NCBI GenBank assembly: GCA_013265495.1
Contig: MU057981.1
Location: forward strand, 1-64,000
Origin: Vicugna vicugna
Taxonomy: Eukaryota
Direction: 5' to 3'
DNA: 64,000 nucleotides
Positions 24,346-38,335 of the stretch are shown piece after piece (position 1 is the stretch's first letter; the number at the start of each line of letters is the position of its first letter). The translations under genes were made by a program, and so were the position numbers. The notes beneath the pieces are model-generated. The model searched no databases and was not told the DNA's origin. It saw nothing but the letters and a program-made list of their open reading frames with translations.

Positions 24346-25261
24346 GTCTGACATCTCTCTAGTTCTCTGGCCACATTGCTGGTCAAGTGACTTTTTAATA
24401 TGGAAATCTTTCTCTGCTTATTTTACGATAAATGCCAGTTTCCTTTTCAATGTCTCCTTCAAGATTCCCCACAGCCCTCTCCCCCATCTCTTCCCTCAGC
24501 CTCTTCTCTGGGTATCCCCCTGACAGCCAGCTTCTCACCCCTACTTCGTTCAGCCCCCTGACCCCACTGTATGCTTGCCTTCCATCTCTTCCTCCAGCCA
24601 GAGCACTCATAACTGACGCCTGGCTAAATCCTGAGTATGAGTTAGGATTATGTAAACTCCGACTTAAAAACTCCCAGGACTCCCATAGTGGTAAATGGCC
24701 TTGTTCGATTCTGGCCTTTATGTCTGACTCCTATAATCATCAAGTGATTTATCAGTTCCCACATTGGAGTATAATGTTCTTTAGGACGGAGTTGGGCTTT
24801 TTCTTCATGGTTTTCTGAATTGGGTATAAATTAGATGCTTGATAGGTACTTGCTGTCTGAATGAAATAGTTGCTTTAATATGTGAAAGGCCCTGCACCAG
24901 ATACTGAGGCCACAGAGAAGGAAGCACAGATCAGACACACAAATAGCAGTCACCTGCGGGATTACACAGACAGTGTCACTTAGTGAGGAAGTAAGTCTCT
25001 TCAGTAAAGGATGCTGAAGCAGTCCTGAGAGGGGACCTAACGTGACCTGCACCCTGGATGAGGAAGGCTCCTGTTTGTGCTTCAGCGTAAAGGATGATTC
25101 AGACTTGGCCAGGCAGTTACTATTGGAATATATTTAAAAATATTTCAGTAATTAATCTCACCTTTATGGCTTAGATGATTTAGGATTCCTTTTAACCTCC
25201 CTTCCCTTGAAATCACTTTAAGCCTGTATTTTATTTATTATGTACAAAAGTTTAAGAGAGT

Positions 25262-25398
25262 GGGAGGAGGGTATCGCTCAAGTGGTGGCGTGCGTGCCTA
25301 GCATGCCTGAGGTACTGGGTGCAACCCCCAGTATGTGCACTGAAAAATCAAATAAATAAATAAACCTAATTACCTCCCCCCTGTAAAAAAAAAAAAAA
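25262..25398 (+). mobile_element. Vic-1-type camelid tRNA-derived SINE
   Basis: gggaggagggtatcgctcaagtggt (A box)..gaggtactgggtgcaacccccagt (B box)..aataaataaataaacctaattacctcccccc plus A tail. Confidence 0.85.
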
Positions 25399-25869
25399 GC
25401 CATGGAAGTAAGAAAAAGTTAATTTGGTAGTGCTAAGTTGATGAAATTCAGTTTTATTCTACCCCTACTTAGAGTTTTTATTGAGATTCTTTGGGAAGAG
25501 ATTTATTTAGTGCAAGTTATGATATGTTTTCTTTAGTAGAAGTTATGATGTTTTCTTTAGAGTTAGTAAAATTATAAGTGCGTTCTTACAGAATATGGAT
25601 AAAGGATTCTAAACCTTTGATATTTGCCGAATGTTGTAGACATTTGCTGGCGAAAATATTTGTAGGTGGAAATACAATTAGCTGTAAATTTAACCGTATT
25701 ATTAAAAACACAGGAATTTGTAGTAATTGCTCAGCCATAGACAATCCAAGTAGCATTTATACAATTCAAACAACTTTCTATCTTGTAAGAAGAAAGATGC
25801 ATGAGAATTATCTGTGCAAAATTGAGATGAATCATATGATGAAGTATTTAGAAGTTTAACTCTTTTATT

Positions 25870-27850
25870 AGTAATTATTTTTAAATTTTGGTGAAACACA
25901 TAACATAATATATACTATTAATAAAATTTTAATTGCACACTATACTACTGTTAACTCTGTGTGCATTGTTATACAGAAGATCTTTAAGAACCTTTTCATC
26001 TTGCGTGACTAAAATTGAAACTCTATACCTATTGGGCAATGGCTCCCCACTCCCCTCCTCCCAGCCCCTGGCAGCCACCACTTTACTTTATTCTGTAAGT
26101 TTGACTACTTTAGAAACCTTATATAAGTGGAGTCATATTGTATTTGGCCTTGTGTGTGTGACTGACGTATTTCACTTAGAATAGTGCCCTTCAGGTTCAT
26201 GCGTGTTGTAGCACGTGATAGATTTCTTTCTGTTTTAAGGCTGAATGATACTCCATTGTATGTATATGCCACGTTTTCTTTATTCATTTATCCAATAGTG
26301 GACACTTAGGTTGTTTCTGTCTCTTGGCTATTCTGAATAATGCGTCAGTGAATGTGACTGTACATTATTTCTTTAAGATTCTGTTTTCAATTCTTTTGGA
26401 ACAATACTTAGAAGTGAAATTGCTGGATCATTTGGTAATTATATTTAATTTCTGAAGAAACTCCACACTGTTTTCCACAGTGACAACCATTCTACATTCC
26501 TACCTACAGTGCCAAATGGTTCCAGTTTCTCCATATCCTCACCAACATTTGTTCCTTCCTGTGTTTTGGGTTGTTTGTTTGATAATGGCCATCCTAACAG
26601 GTATGAAGTGAAATCTCATTGTGGTTTTGATTTGCATTTCCCTGATAATTAGTGATGCTGAGCATTTTTTTTTTTTAATATCTGCTGGCCATTTGTATAT
26701 CTTCTTTGAAGTAATGTCTATTCAAGTCCTTTGCCTATTTTAAACTTTGGTTATTTGGAGGTTTTGTTTGTTTTATTTTTTGCTTTTGTTTCCTGTTGAG
26801 TTGTAGGAGTTCCTTATATATTGTGGACACTAGCCCCTTATGAGATATACGATTTGCAAATGTTTTCTTCTGCTCTGAAGATTGCTTTTCACTCTGTTGA
26901 TGGTTCCCTTTGCTGCATGGAAGCTTTAGAAGTAGGAGTCCCACTTGTCTATTTTTGCTCTTGTTGCCTGTGGTGTTGGTGTCACATCCAAGAAATCATT
27001 GCCGAGACTACAGCTATGAAGCTTTTCACCTATGTTTTTTCTTCTAGGGATTTTACAATTTTGTTTCTTATTTTTAAGACTTTAATCCACTTTGAGTTGA
27101 TTTCTGTGTATAGTGAAAGATGAGTCTAATTTTATTCTTTTGTAAGTATATATCTAGTTTCCCCAACACCATTTGTTGAAGATACTATCCTTTCCCCACT
27201 GTGTAGTCTTGGCCCCCTTGTTGAAGGTCCCATTTTACCATTTAGGTGTGGGTTTATTCTGGGGCCTTTATTCTGTCCCATTGGTCTATAGGTCTATCTT
27301 ATGCCAGTACCATACTCTTGATTACTGTAGATTTATAATATGAAGTCAAGAAGTATGAGGCTTCCAGTTTTGTTCTTTTTCCTCAAGATTGTTTTGGCTA
27401 TTTAGGGTTTGTGGTTCCGTATGAATTGTAAGTTTTTTCCCCCGACTTCAGCAAAAAATGCCACTGGGAACTTGATAGGGATTGCACTGAATCTGTAGAT
27501 TGCTTTGGGTAGTGTGGGTAACATTTGACCAGTACTAAGTCTTCCAATCCATGAGCACATTACTTTGTGTCTTTCTTTAAATTCTTTCAGCAGTGTTTTG
27601 TAGTTTTCAGTATACATGTCTTCTGCCTCATTAGTTAAGTTTATTCTTAAATGCTTTATTCTTTTTTGTGTTCTTATAAGTTGAATTGTTTTCTTAATTT
27701 CCTTTCCATATTGCTTGTTGTTTATAGATATGCAACTGATTGTTGTCTGTTGGTTTTGTATTGTAAAAATTTTTTTATTACTTCTTAACAGTATTTTTTT
27801 GTGTGTGGAATTTTTATGATTTTATACATATAAGATCATGTCATCTGCCT
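25870..27850 (-). mobile_element. L1MA/MB-type 3' fragment
   Basis: Peptides [34 protein letters not shown] (27402-27617) and antisense 3'UTR motifs. Confidence 0.9.
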
Positions 27851-29269
27851 GGACAGATACATGTTTAACATCTGAATTATGTTTTCTTTAGAGCAATTTT
27901 GATTAGGAGAGTGATGATAATACTTTGCCTTTGTATACAAAATGCCTTTTTTCTCTTACATATAACTGAGTTTTGTAGCTCAAAGACACATTCCAACAAT
28001 CAAGACCACAGACTTTCTACCTGTGTAAAGAGGTATCTGAGGGTTAAAAAGGTGACTAAGGACATCACAGTACTTGACCCTCCAAAGCAACTTTATGACA
28101 TACATATTAATAAGATAGCCACCTTACAGAGGAGAAAATTGAGATGGAAGATTTTGAGACTTGCTTGTGTGACATAATTAACAAGGGGGTAATGCCATGA
28201 CTCAGACTTTGGTTTTCACATGCACATCACTTTCTGAGTAAACAGATAGACTGTGCATTTACCTTGGTAGTACCATCTTTTCCGTGCTAATTTTCCTTTG
28301 ATTCTTTTAATAATAAAGTTTAGTAATGAAGTTTTCTTTTTTATATCTGGGCATGAATTAACAAATGGCCAGGAAGCTTTTTGAAAATCTTCTGTAATAG
28401 GGATCAGGTAGCCTGGGACAGACACACTTAGTGAGGAAAATGCACAAATGATTACCACAACTTGGCAATTAGTGTTTGCACTTCTTGCATTATAAGTAGA
28501 TGCTATATAATAAATTTATTTAATTGTTGTATTACTTCATTTTTTTCATTTTAAAGTCTTTTGTTTTATCTTTCTATCAGAACAGTATTATTTATTTGCA
28601 TTTGTGGATTAAATATATTTGATTGTTTTAATTCCACTTTAAGAAGTCCAGTACCAGAATTCTGTGTGACTTAGTGGAGTTTTCAATCACTACAGAATTT
28701 ATTGTTAAACTGCTGTGAATTATAGCTTTTTTCATTGAAATGCACTCAACTCCGAAATGACTATTTAGCATCTAAACTGATCCTAGTTAGAAGCACATTG
28801 TTTGCATTAATAAAGCTTGACAAACTTTCATTTTTCTAAGGGTTCTTGTAAGATCACATAAGGTACTTATGTCCCCTATGTCTGTTGTAAAGTTGAGCAT
28901 GTGGTTTGTCTAAATTTCAATCAGCAGATTCCAAAGTCTATGTTGTCAAACTCAAGTTTCCAAAGAGCATTCTAGGATGATGCATACCACGCTAAAACAG
29001 GCCGCCTTGTACACTATGAGTGATTCTATTTCATGACTGGGGCTAACCCAGCTTTCAGAAAAAGCAGTTCCTTTGGGCAGGGCGTTGGCTCTCGCTGGCT
29101 TTAAAAACATACCCCCTTTAGTTCTTCACTGCATCTTCCTTCTCCCTCTGGATTGTATTCTGGACGGAATTGGTGACTAGGGCAATATGGGTTTGGGGGA
29201 CCTGTAATGTCACCAGAAGTTTTGGGGATGAAAGATGTCACAATTAGACCACGTGCTCAGGGCTGGGAG

Positions 29270-29460
29270 ACACTGAGAAGCCGCGGTGGGGCGTGTGCGC
29301 TGAGAGGGCGGAGCTCAGGGAACCTCAGGTCCCGCCTCGGCCTTGGTCCCTGGCGGCAGGCCCAGCACTCCTGCTGTCTCAGGCCCACTGGCCCCGCTGA
29401 CCTGCCTCTTCCATGAGCCAGATAGCAGCTGTGGGCAGGGGAAACGGCTCCTCTCCCCTA
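29270..29460. promoter_or_regulatory. Small GC/CpG-rich promoter-like patch
   Basis: GC boxes (gggcggag, cccgcc) and an NRF1-like gcgtgtgcgc motif in otherwise AT-rich sequence. Confidence 0.35.
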
Positions 29461-30418
29461 GGATGCGATGCTAGACCAGGCTGTTTAGCTTTCGAAGTCC
29501 ACCTCCCACCACACCCCTGCCAGGAAAACAATCTCCATACTTGCCTGACGACACATCCAACGTGGTGAAAAATGACATCGCGATGAACCCATTTATTTCT
29601 TGGGTTCCATTTCCTCCTTAGGTCCCCACTCCTCTGCTTTTTGAATGCGTTTTTTTCCTGCAGTGACAATTCTCTATTTTGCCCCATGCAGACCTATTTA
29701 TCTTGTAAAATCAGTGACAAAGTCCATATACCTTAATGCATTTCTCACTCACCATTTTGTTCACTTTTCATGCTTCAGTGTGTTTGAAGGCATGGGGGTT
29801 CAATTACCATTTTTCTTTCATCCCATCTCATTTTTTTCTCTGTAGACTTTACTCTTTTCTCAGTATTTTCTGTGCTCTTCCACATTTTCTCTTCTGGTAT
29901 CCTGGCTTGGCACTCCTATCTTAGTTTTTCTAATAGCGATTTCTTTCTTTTTTCTTTTTTTTTAATCCATTCTCATCCCTCTTCCAGCCCTGGACACAGC
30001 TATCTGTTATAACCTTAATGGTGGCGTCTGCTCAGGAAAGTTGTCAAGTGAATGAATACTGATATCTATCCTAACATTTTACCACCACTTTTCTGTTAAT
30101 GCATCAATTAGCTTCTTTATTTCTGTGAGTGCCTCGTGTGGGAACTGGTCTTGATCTGTCACTTATAAGTAATCTCCACGTTTCATCTAGAGCTCAAACA
30201 CAGAAGGAAATATGGAGTAGAAGTAGAGGACAGAGACCCAGGCTAGGGTGGCCCAGAGGGAAGGGAGGTGGGGCAGTCCAGCAAGGAAAAGAGAGGCAGC
30301 CAGATGTGCAGGAGAAACCTCCCTCCGAGCCATACCCTTCCTCCTGGGACATCAGCCAGCACTTAATGACCACTGTGTCCTCTTTGAGATGTTAACCTTG
30401 CTTATGTTCTCCAATAAG

Positions 30419-30541
30419 GGTCCCACGGGATGAAGATCTACCTTGACCCCCTCACTTACAAGGACCCCAATGAAGCTGTCTGGCAGTTTGCCAAGGAGAT
30501 TGATGTCTCTTGTGTGAAAATCAAAGAGGTCATCAGAGCAG
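30419..30541 (+). pseudogene. EPHB1: EPHB1-like juxtamembrane exon (123 nt, open)
   Basis: taag|GG..GCAG|gtatgg; [41 protein letters not shown] vs EPHB1 [41 protein letters not shown]. Confidence 0.95.
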
Positions 30542-33500
30542 GTATGGCTCTCCACCCCCTCATCCCATTTCTGTTCTAGTGTCCAAACAGCCTTTTCTCA
30601 GTGCTCTAGGTGTCCACTGCCATCTTTCTTTCTCCCTAGAAGATGTGTCTAAACCACCTGTGGTGTGTGTCTAGGGATCTCTTGGGGTTCTTGTCCATGG
30701 TGTCCAAGCTTATTTTTTGATGTAGAGAAGGTAGCTCAAGTTTTAAAAGGCTCGGAAATAGCTCTGGAAATGGACCACTAAATGCAGATAAGGAGAGAGA
30801 CATAGGGCAATCAATTAAGAAGATTTTGAAATAAACACAAGTTTTTAGAAGTCCGATCCAGTATCCCATTGACCGACACTGATAGCTCCATAGGTTTGGA
30901 CTGAGATTCCTTCCCACACTTTCAGTTCTCCTTCTGCAGTGTGCATGGATTTGGAGACAGACCATGATGAACTGAAGAAGGACCACTGTTGCCAGAAGAA
31001 AGCCCACCTGTAGCCATATTTCCTACAAAAGATCTATGATACGGATGGTAACACAAGACAAAGTCACTCCCAAGGAACGTGCTCCCATCCATCTTACTGC
31101 ATTGGAATAGAAACCCAGCCTAGCAGAGAACTAACTGCCTGAGATGCTCTCAGGAAATTTTATCTCAAGACTGAGCTAGGATTTTCATCTTCCTTTAATG
31201 GATCAGTAGTTGAGTCAGTTGGGCCATGGATCCAGCCTTATTCGTGTAACTGAGTAGAACATCCTCAGGTATTGTTCCTTTGGAAGGAATCTCTTTGCTG
31301 CCCCCTCTGCTGTCTTTCTGAATCTTCTTAAAAGGTATGTTTGCTTTGCATCCTCTCTCCTACTTTTGTTTCCTTCTACAACAGTCTTTGTTTTTTCTTC
31401 TTCCAATTGGATGAGCCATTGTTCACGCTCTCTTCACTCGCATGCTATAGCTGCCTTTGCAGCTCCCGTGTCTGGAAGTGCTTTGTTCACATCAGTATTT
31501 GGAGGGCCATGGGCCCTCTGATACTATTTTCCTCTATAAAGTATGTTGAGTCCAAGTCTTACAGACAGCCAGTCCATACATTATCTTTACAAGGAAAGCC
31601 ACCATCCTTCCATTCATTGCCTCTCTTCATGCACTGAGGGGTCAAAAAGCCATCTGTGAAATTGGAAGTCACATTTGAAAGCTTCCCCCATGAAGCCACT
31701 GTTTTCGTGCTCTGGTTTCCCTTTTAGACACTTCCAACTGCATAGCATCACCATGGTGGGTACCAGGACTCTCCCTGTGAGGACACACTACTCTCTTCCT
31801 GCCAGCCCCTCCCGAGTCCCAGTCGGCTGACCATAACCTGGTCCACAGGAGTCTACAGATTTCCCACTGACTTTCATTACATGTGTTCCTGAACCGTGAC
31901 TTCCCCTTCTATGTAGGTAATTTTCCCTTCGCCTTTAGATGCTGACATACCTAAGGACCATGCCTTGAAAGGCTGGATAGCAGATAAACTGGATTACTTG
32001 TAGGGGCTCAGGTTTCTCCAGCAAAGTTGAAAGCATGTTGGGGAGGAGGTCTTTAAGTCTCGCACCCTGTTCCTCCGCGTTATTCATTGTTATGTCATGT
32101 GGCGGGGGTGCTAGTGGTTTTAGTGTCTTTATTTATGTCGTGTGCTTAGAGCAGCGTGTTCAGGACTGCATTTCATCCCAGAGAGCGCACATCAGCCCCC
32201 TTCCCGCCTTTGTCGGGGGAGAAGGAAAGAGCCTTCTTACTTTATGACTGGGCCAGGGAATTTCTACTTGCCGTGAGCTTGCCCACTACTGGCTGCCTAT
32301 AAAAGGACAATCATGGCCCCGCTCCATCCTTCATCCTCCATCTCTGTGTTGCCTTTGCTGATGCTGCCATGTTGTGCATTCTGCTCAGATAAGGCACGGT
32401 CCTCACCATGGTGCACCCGGTCCTGGGCAGGGATGATCCATTTACCCATTTATAAGATGCCCGGCAGCTTGGTCTAAAGATTTCTGCCCAGCTGCTGCTG
32501 ACCATCCTCTACCAGAAACCCCTCTGCTCATGTTTCAGAAATTGCAGAGCTAATCCCTGTGGATGTTAATTCACTCTGTGTCACTTGATGCAGTTTCAAT
32601 GGGAGACACTCCTGGCTGGCATCCACCTTCCTTCATTCTCCAGTCATTTTTCTCCTCTATCACCACTCCTGCTTGGCTCCCACCCTGCCTCACTGAGACT
32701 GACTTCACTTTGTGCTAAAAGAGCTGATGTGAAGGTCAAGTTAAAAAAAAATTTTTTTCTAAGGTGAAAGGTCTGCAGTGTAATTGGCAATATTTCCCTT
32801 CACCACCGGCAGATTGAGTGCAGGGGGCAGAATCTGGCTTGCAAAATAGTAACACAACATGAGAAGTCAAGAATTGGAAGTAGTTCTTCTTTCACTCTAT
32901 TCCTCCGCTGCATCCCTCAGCACACTCTTACTGAATACTTTTTCATGCTGGATGTGGAGTCCCCGAGGTGAACAGACAGCCTCTCCCCGCTCTGAGGTAT
33001 GACAGTCTTAGTGAGAAACAGACCAGGAGCGTGCTCACTGATTCACACAGCTCGCAACACAGGCGTGTATGTACAAAGCTCGGGGCCAACACAGAGCAGC
33101 AGCCAGCTTCTTGTTCTGGGAGTGAGTCAGAGGATCAGGAAGACTTCACCAAGGCAATCACCTCTGCCTGAGCATTCAAGGATGAAAACTAGTAGAGAAA
33201 GTCACTTTTTGTGAAACTCTTGAGAGAGTGAGATGGAAGAGGAAATTAAACGACTTAAGGACGGAGATGAACATGACCTTCCAGCAGTGGTGTGCTGCAG
33301 TCAGCTTGCTCTGTCTCATCAGAGCCAACTGTGTGCCTCTGTTTCCAGCCCCGTGTTCAGTGACATCATCTTGGTAGTTTGACATCAGCCATGGGAGGAG
33401 TTTTTCAGGAGTTTTACACCATGGAAATTGGCAAATGCTATAAATCAGGGATATTTGTTTCTTTGTTTTCTGGAGAGCTGGTTGAATGCTTACCAGGACA

Positions 33501-35252
33501 CCCCAGCCTTCCAAAATGTGCAAGGTAACTTCAAAGAGGTTGCAGAGAAACTGGCCTGCTCCAGCTGAGTATAGACCTGGAGAAGTGGGCTGTGCCTGTG
33601 GCAGGAGCGATTAAGTTCAGAATTCAAGAAGATCCGCATCCATGAAACACTAATTCCATGCCTGTGACTGTGGTGGGTGCTGGGAAACACGCTCAGTGCC
33701 TAACCATCCAGCCTGACAGGCCATCGTGTAATACAGGTGCAGTCCCACTCCGTGAGAGGAGGGGAGGGGACAGAGCTAAGACGAGGGGCCAGAGAACGTG
33801 TAGCCCTGGAGGTGGGAGAAGGGAAGGCTTGATGGCCAGAGAGGACCCAGGGAAGCGGGGTCTGGGGGACCCCTGGAGATTTGGGGCTTTGGATGGGCTG
33901 GTACTCTGTGCAGCACATCCTGAGAGCAGGGATAAGAGGAGGCTGCTGGGGAGGGGTTTCCTGAGGGTAAGGATTAAGGATTAAGCCTGGAGAATCAGGC
34001 TGAGGCTTAGAGCTCTAGGGCTCGGTTTGGATACGATCCTGTAGAAGTGCTGAGCGGGGGGTTTCTGAGAAGGGTGAGTGGTGGGAATGAGGTGGGGAGA
34101 ACGTGACAGATGCTGTGTTTAGACTGGACTGGAAGGGGTGACGGGGAAGGGTGGGTAAGAACTCAGAGGTATGCAGACCAGTTGTGGGGCTTGGAAATGA
34201 GGAGAAGGTTTGCAATGGCCAGTGCTGGGACCAAGGGTGGTCAGGAAGGCTGTGCTGCATCAAGTCAACTGACCTAAATCAGAATGTATCCAGACACAGC
34301 GAATGGGGAGGCTGGGGGGCTGGTGACTGGAGTTGATGGAGAGACGTGGCTGAATGTGCGAGGTAATTTCACATGCGAGACCAGAGAGAGACGGTGAGTG
34401 CGCTGAAAGCAGCCTGGTGGAAGGAGGAAGGCTGGTCCTTCCTCTTCTCCTTGCAGGTGATGTAAATTACTGAAGTCTCCTGAGAGAGGGTGGCAGGCCA
34501 TCTGGCCTGGTGCCTGTGGAGAATGTCAGCTCTTTGTAACCATGAATCTAATAGGAGTCCCCAGGAGTTGACCTGTAGAGTTCTGATCCATGGATTAATT
34601 CTGATCGATTTGACCTGTAGACATGCTCAGAGCATAAACTAGGGCTGCCCCAAATAACTGGGCTTGATGGCACGAATAGCACTCCTGGGTTGTGCAGTGT
34701 GCAACCGATATAACCATACATAGCAGACCTGAGCATGAAAAATGCACAAAAACATAGGTAGGGGTGTCACCAGAAGGTGTCATCCAGGGGGAGAGATGCC
34801 AACTCTATTTTAACTTGTAAACACATCCTCTCCTGACTCCAGCAGCTGCTGATTCAGCATTTCCACAGGAGAGGAGGCCTGTGGTGAGAGGGCTGAGTAA
34901 GGAGAGTTGGGGAGAGGGAATTTGTACTGGATACGGAGGGAAGGGGGCCAGTGAGGCCCACCGCTTGTGTCTTAGAAGAAGAGGAGGGGTTTCGTGGGGA
35001 TGACTTGGTAGAAAGTTACCTTCCAGCCTGACTGTCCTGGGCTCATTCAGAGTGAGGATGGACAGCGTGAGGGTCACCTCCGAGTGGAGCAGAGTCATGG
35101 CAGGAAGGGTTTCCAGAGCAGTAAATCAAATAGGTGTTGTCAGTAATTATAATGAATATAGCTGGTATAGACTGAACCCTCACCATGTACATACTTTAAA
35201 AGCAACGTCTCATTAAACCCTCATAATAGCTTGGTTAGCCCTGGGAGTTAGA

Positions 35253-35253
<1 letters not shown>

Positions 35254-35282
<29 letters not shown>
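35254..35282. repeat. (TG)n microsatellite
   Basis: About 14 perfect TG units. Confidence 0.95.
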
Positions 35283-35286
<4 letters not shown>

Positions 35287-36494
35287 AACTTTTGTATGTA
35301 AGGATTCAGAGGACAGCTTGCCCTGCTGCCAGGTGAGCTAATGCTAGAGCAAGAAATGAGACCCAGAGACAATTGATCTTAGTCTGATGAGTGTGAGTCT
35401 CACACTGCTGCCGCTTTCATTACTGTTTGGGAAAAGAGCAGCCATGTGCACAGGGACACCGCTCCTGACAGAGAACTCTGTCTAGTGGTTTGGACTCCCC
35501 AAGACCCTTGGCTGGGAATGATGATACTTTCTCCTAGACTTTAGGATGCCCGTATGATGGTACCACAAAGATGTCCCCCATTCCCTGAGGAAGGCATGAT
35601 CTTCCCAGAGCACCCTTGTCCCGTCCTCCAGCCGGGTCCCCCTAGTTCTGGCTTGATCAGTCATTGCCTGCAGAAGGACAATAATGAGAGCCAAGATATT
35701 TAACATTGTAAATCACCTGTGCTTGCTTACATGAAGGAAATAATAAGTACTATCTAGGTATATGGTTGGCTAATGACAACAAAAAGCTGTAAGAAAAGAG
35801 AAAATTCATTGGGTCTAACCATCACGGGATTAGGTATTGTGGGCACCATGGCTATTTGGTAGATTCCATCTCATCTGCCAACACTGGTAGCCTGGTAATG
35901 GGTACCTGGGGATCTCTGCTGAGAAGGAGAAACAGGGTTGTGATCAATTAGTAATGTCTGTCCTGGGTGCAGGGTCAGGAGGTGGTGGAGCGCCGGCTAT
36001 GGTCTCACTGTCTCTGGATTAGCCACGACCAAAGTTGCATGACCATAGTTACATGGAAATCATACTTTAAAACCAAGTTTAAATTCATTCTTTCAGAGTT
36101 TCTTTTCTGGTGGAAGCTTGAATTAGTAACTAGAAGCTCTGCTTTCCTTTTCTCTCCCCTAAGGCAGTTTGTGACTTCAAAATGCTGCTTAAAAAAAAAA
36201 AAGGCAATTGTGTGCAAATCTGCACTGCACATAGCCAACAGCTAGTGCTTGAAATACCTGCTGGCAGGTTGGATGTTTCATTTTCAAAAATTGAAAATTC
36301 TTCCCTTCTGATTTTATATATAATAGTTGAGGCATTTAATGCTGCTGAACTATTTTTTCCTCGCTTCCTCTATTTCTCAAGGGAGGTAGGAAGAGGACCT
36401 GGCAAGGAGCTGAAACTTGCAGAGAATAATTTAGCAGCTGTCTGGGAGGACAGTGACAGTAACTGGCTAAATGGCCCTCCGCTGACAGCCTCGA

Positions 36495-36677
36495 GGGCTG
36501 TGGTTCTCAAAATGGGGCTGTGCACATCAGAATCACCCTCAGGCGTGCTAAAACCCAAGTCACGCGGCTCTCCCTACGGAGTTTCTGATCCAGTAAGTAT
36601 AGGTGGGGCTCAAAAGTCCACAGTTTCTAACAAGTTGCCAGGTGATGCTGCAGGCACAGCACTTTGAGAACCACTGC
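36495..36677. mobile_element. MER5-like hAT-Charlie DNA transposon relic
   Basis: gtggttctcaaa...catcagaatcacc...ttctaacaagttgccaggtgatgctg...actttgagaaccactg terminal inverted repeats. Confidence 0.8.
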
Positions 36678-38034
36678 TAAGAGCCGCTGGCACTAAGCTG
36701 GCCTGAAGCTGGAGTAGGGTGGCTGAAGCTGCAGCCAAGAGGCGGTCCGGCTGCAGGTGAAGATCCAAGGTCAGCTGCAAAGACGCCCCAGTCAGAGTCC
36801 AGCCAGACTAGAATTAGGTGGCCTGAAATGACTGTCAGCCAAGGAGCTGCCTGAAAAACAACAACCATAACCACTACACAGTCGTTTCCTACAAGTATCT
36901 ATTTTAAGTATAATGTTCATGCTTGATTTGTTGAAAGTATTTTTTAGGTATTAATTTGTACGAAAAGGATCAAAAATAGATGGCCATGATTTGGAGCTTA
37001 TGTAAAAGGAAGGTCTTTAGAGTTCATATCATGGCAGATCAAAGCACCCCAGACCTCAAATTCTGGCCCTCATTATAAGAAGGGCGTCCGAAAAGCAAAG
37101 CTAGGTCCCTGAGCAGAGTATAAGGAACCCAGAGTGAAAGATCACAGGCGACGGCAGTCAGATGGTAAGCAACACAAGGCCTTGGTTTTGTGTTTGTTAC
37201 TTATCTAAGGCCCATTGGCTCCTGCACCCTAGGAGCCTGTGGGGATGCTGGAAGGCCAGAACCCCCAGACTTTAGTACTCTGGGCTTAACTTGAGACACC
37301 CTCCATGCCCAGGTACCCTGCCGCGGGACTGCCCACACCCCTGGCAACACATCCTACTGTGTCTCGGGTCAGTGCCACTGGGCTGCACAAACCTGCTTTT
37401 CCTCCCTTTTCTCTTCCAGTACCCACCCTCACACCCCATCCCACACCCTACCCCTTCCACCCCCCCACTTCCCACCCCCACACCCCCCCACTCCAAACCC
37501 TGCATCCCTACCCCCGCTTCCCACCCTGGCTGGTCTTTTTAAGTCACCACGCATTCCCACCTGTGTGGAGTTTACGAGCACTTTCTCATGGACCTCGCTC
37601 CCTGATAGGAAGGCCTTAGAGCCCATCATTTCTTTTTGTCAAACTGAGCTGAGAAAGCCAGGCTGGAAGGAAGCACCCTGCTCGCAGTTAGGGGTGGGGG
37701 CTGGAGTAGACACCAGCTTCCTCCTCGAGCTTCTTCTCAGCCAGAGTTTGTCCCCTCTGCCCTGGGAGCCACTCAGCTAAGGGGTGGAGCAGAGCTTCCG
37801 GGTGAGGACGGCGGATCGGGAGACTTCCTCTGCAGCTGGTGATTTTAAAACCTCTGGGCTTGGAGAATATGAATTCATTTCTTTGTCAGATACGGGAAAG
37901 GAGCGATTTTTACAGAATCACCATCCTTTAAGCCACTGCTTTCCAGTGATTATGGAGCAGATTTCTTAGAGCCGTCACACCACTCTATGGTAACCATGCA
38001 GAACCCATCTCGGCCTACCCAGGGAGAGGACTTT

Positions 38035-38335
38035 TTAAAAAAGACTTAATTTTCTTAGAGCAGTTTTAGGTTCACAACAAAACTGAGTGGCAGGTACGGA
38101 GATTTCCCATACCCTCCTGCCCCCGCACCCGCCTGGCCTCCATGATCAACACCCCCAGCGTGGGCGTGGTCCATCTGTCACCACTGGTGGAGCTCCGCTG
38201 ACTCGTCATCATCGCCCAGGGCCCACAGTTTAAGGTCCACTCTCGATGCTGTGCATTCTGTGGGTTTGGACAAATGTGTCATGACGCGTGTCCACTGTTA
38301 CAGTTTCCCATAGAGGAATTTCACTGCCCTCAAAT
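38035..38335 (-). mobile_element. L1MA/MB-type 3' end fragment
   Basis: agacttaattttcttagagcagttttaggttcacaacaaaactgag..cattctgtgggtttggacaaatg. Confidence 0.75.

Noticed and set aside
25262..25340. tRNA gene
   Set aside because: Degenerate stems and the characteristic SINE tail show it is a tRNA-derived SINE
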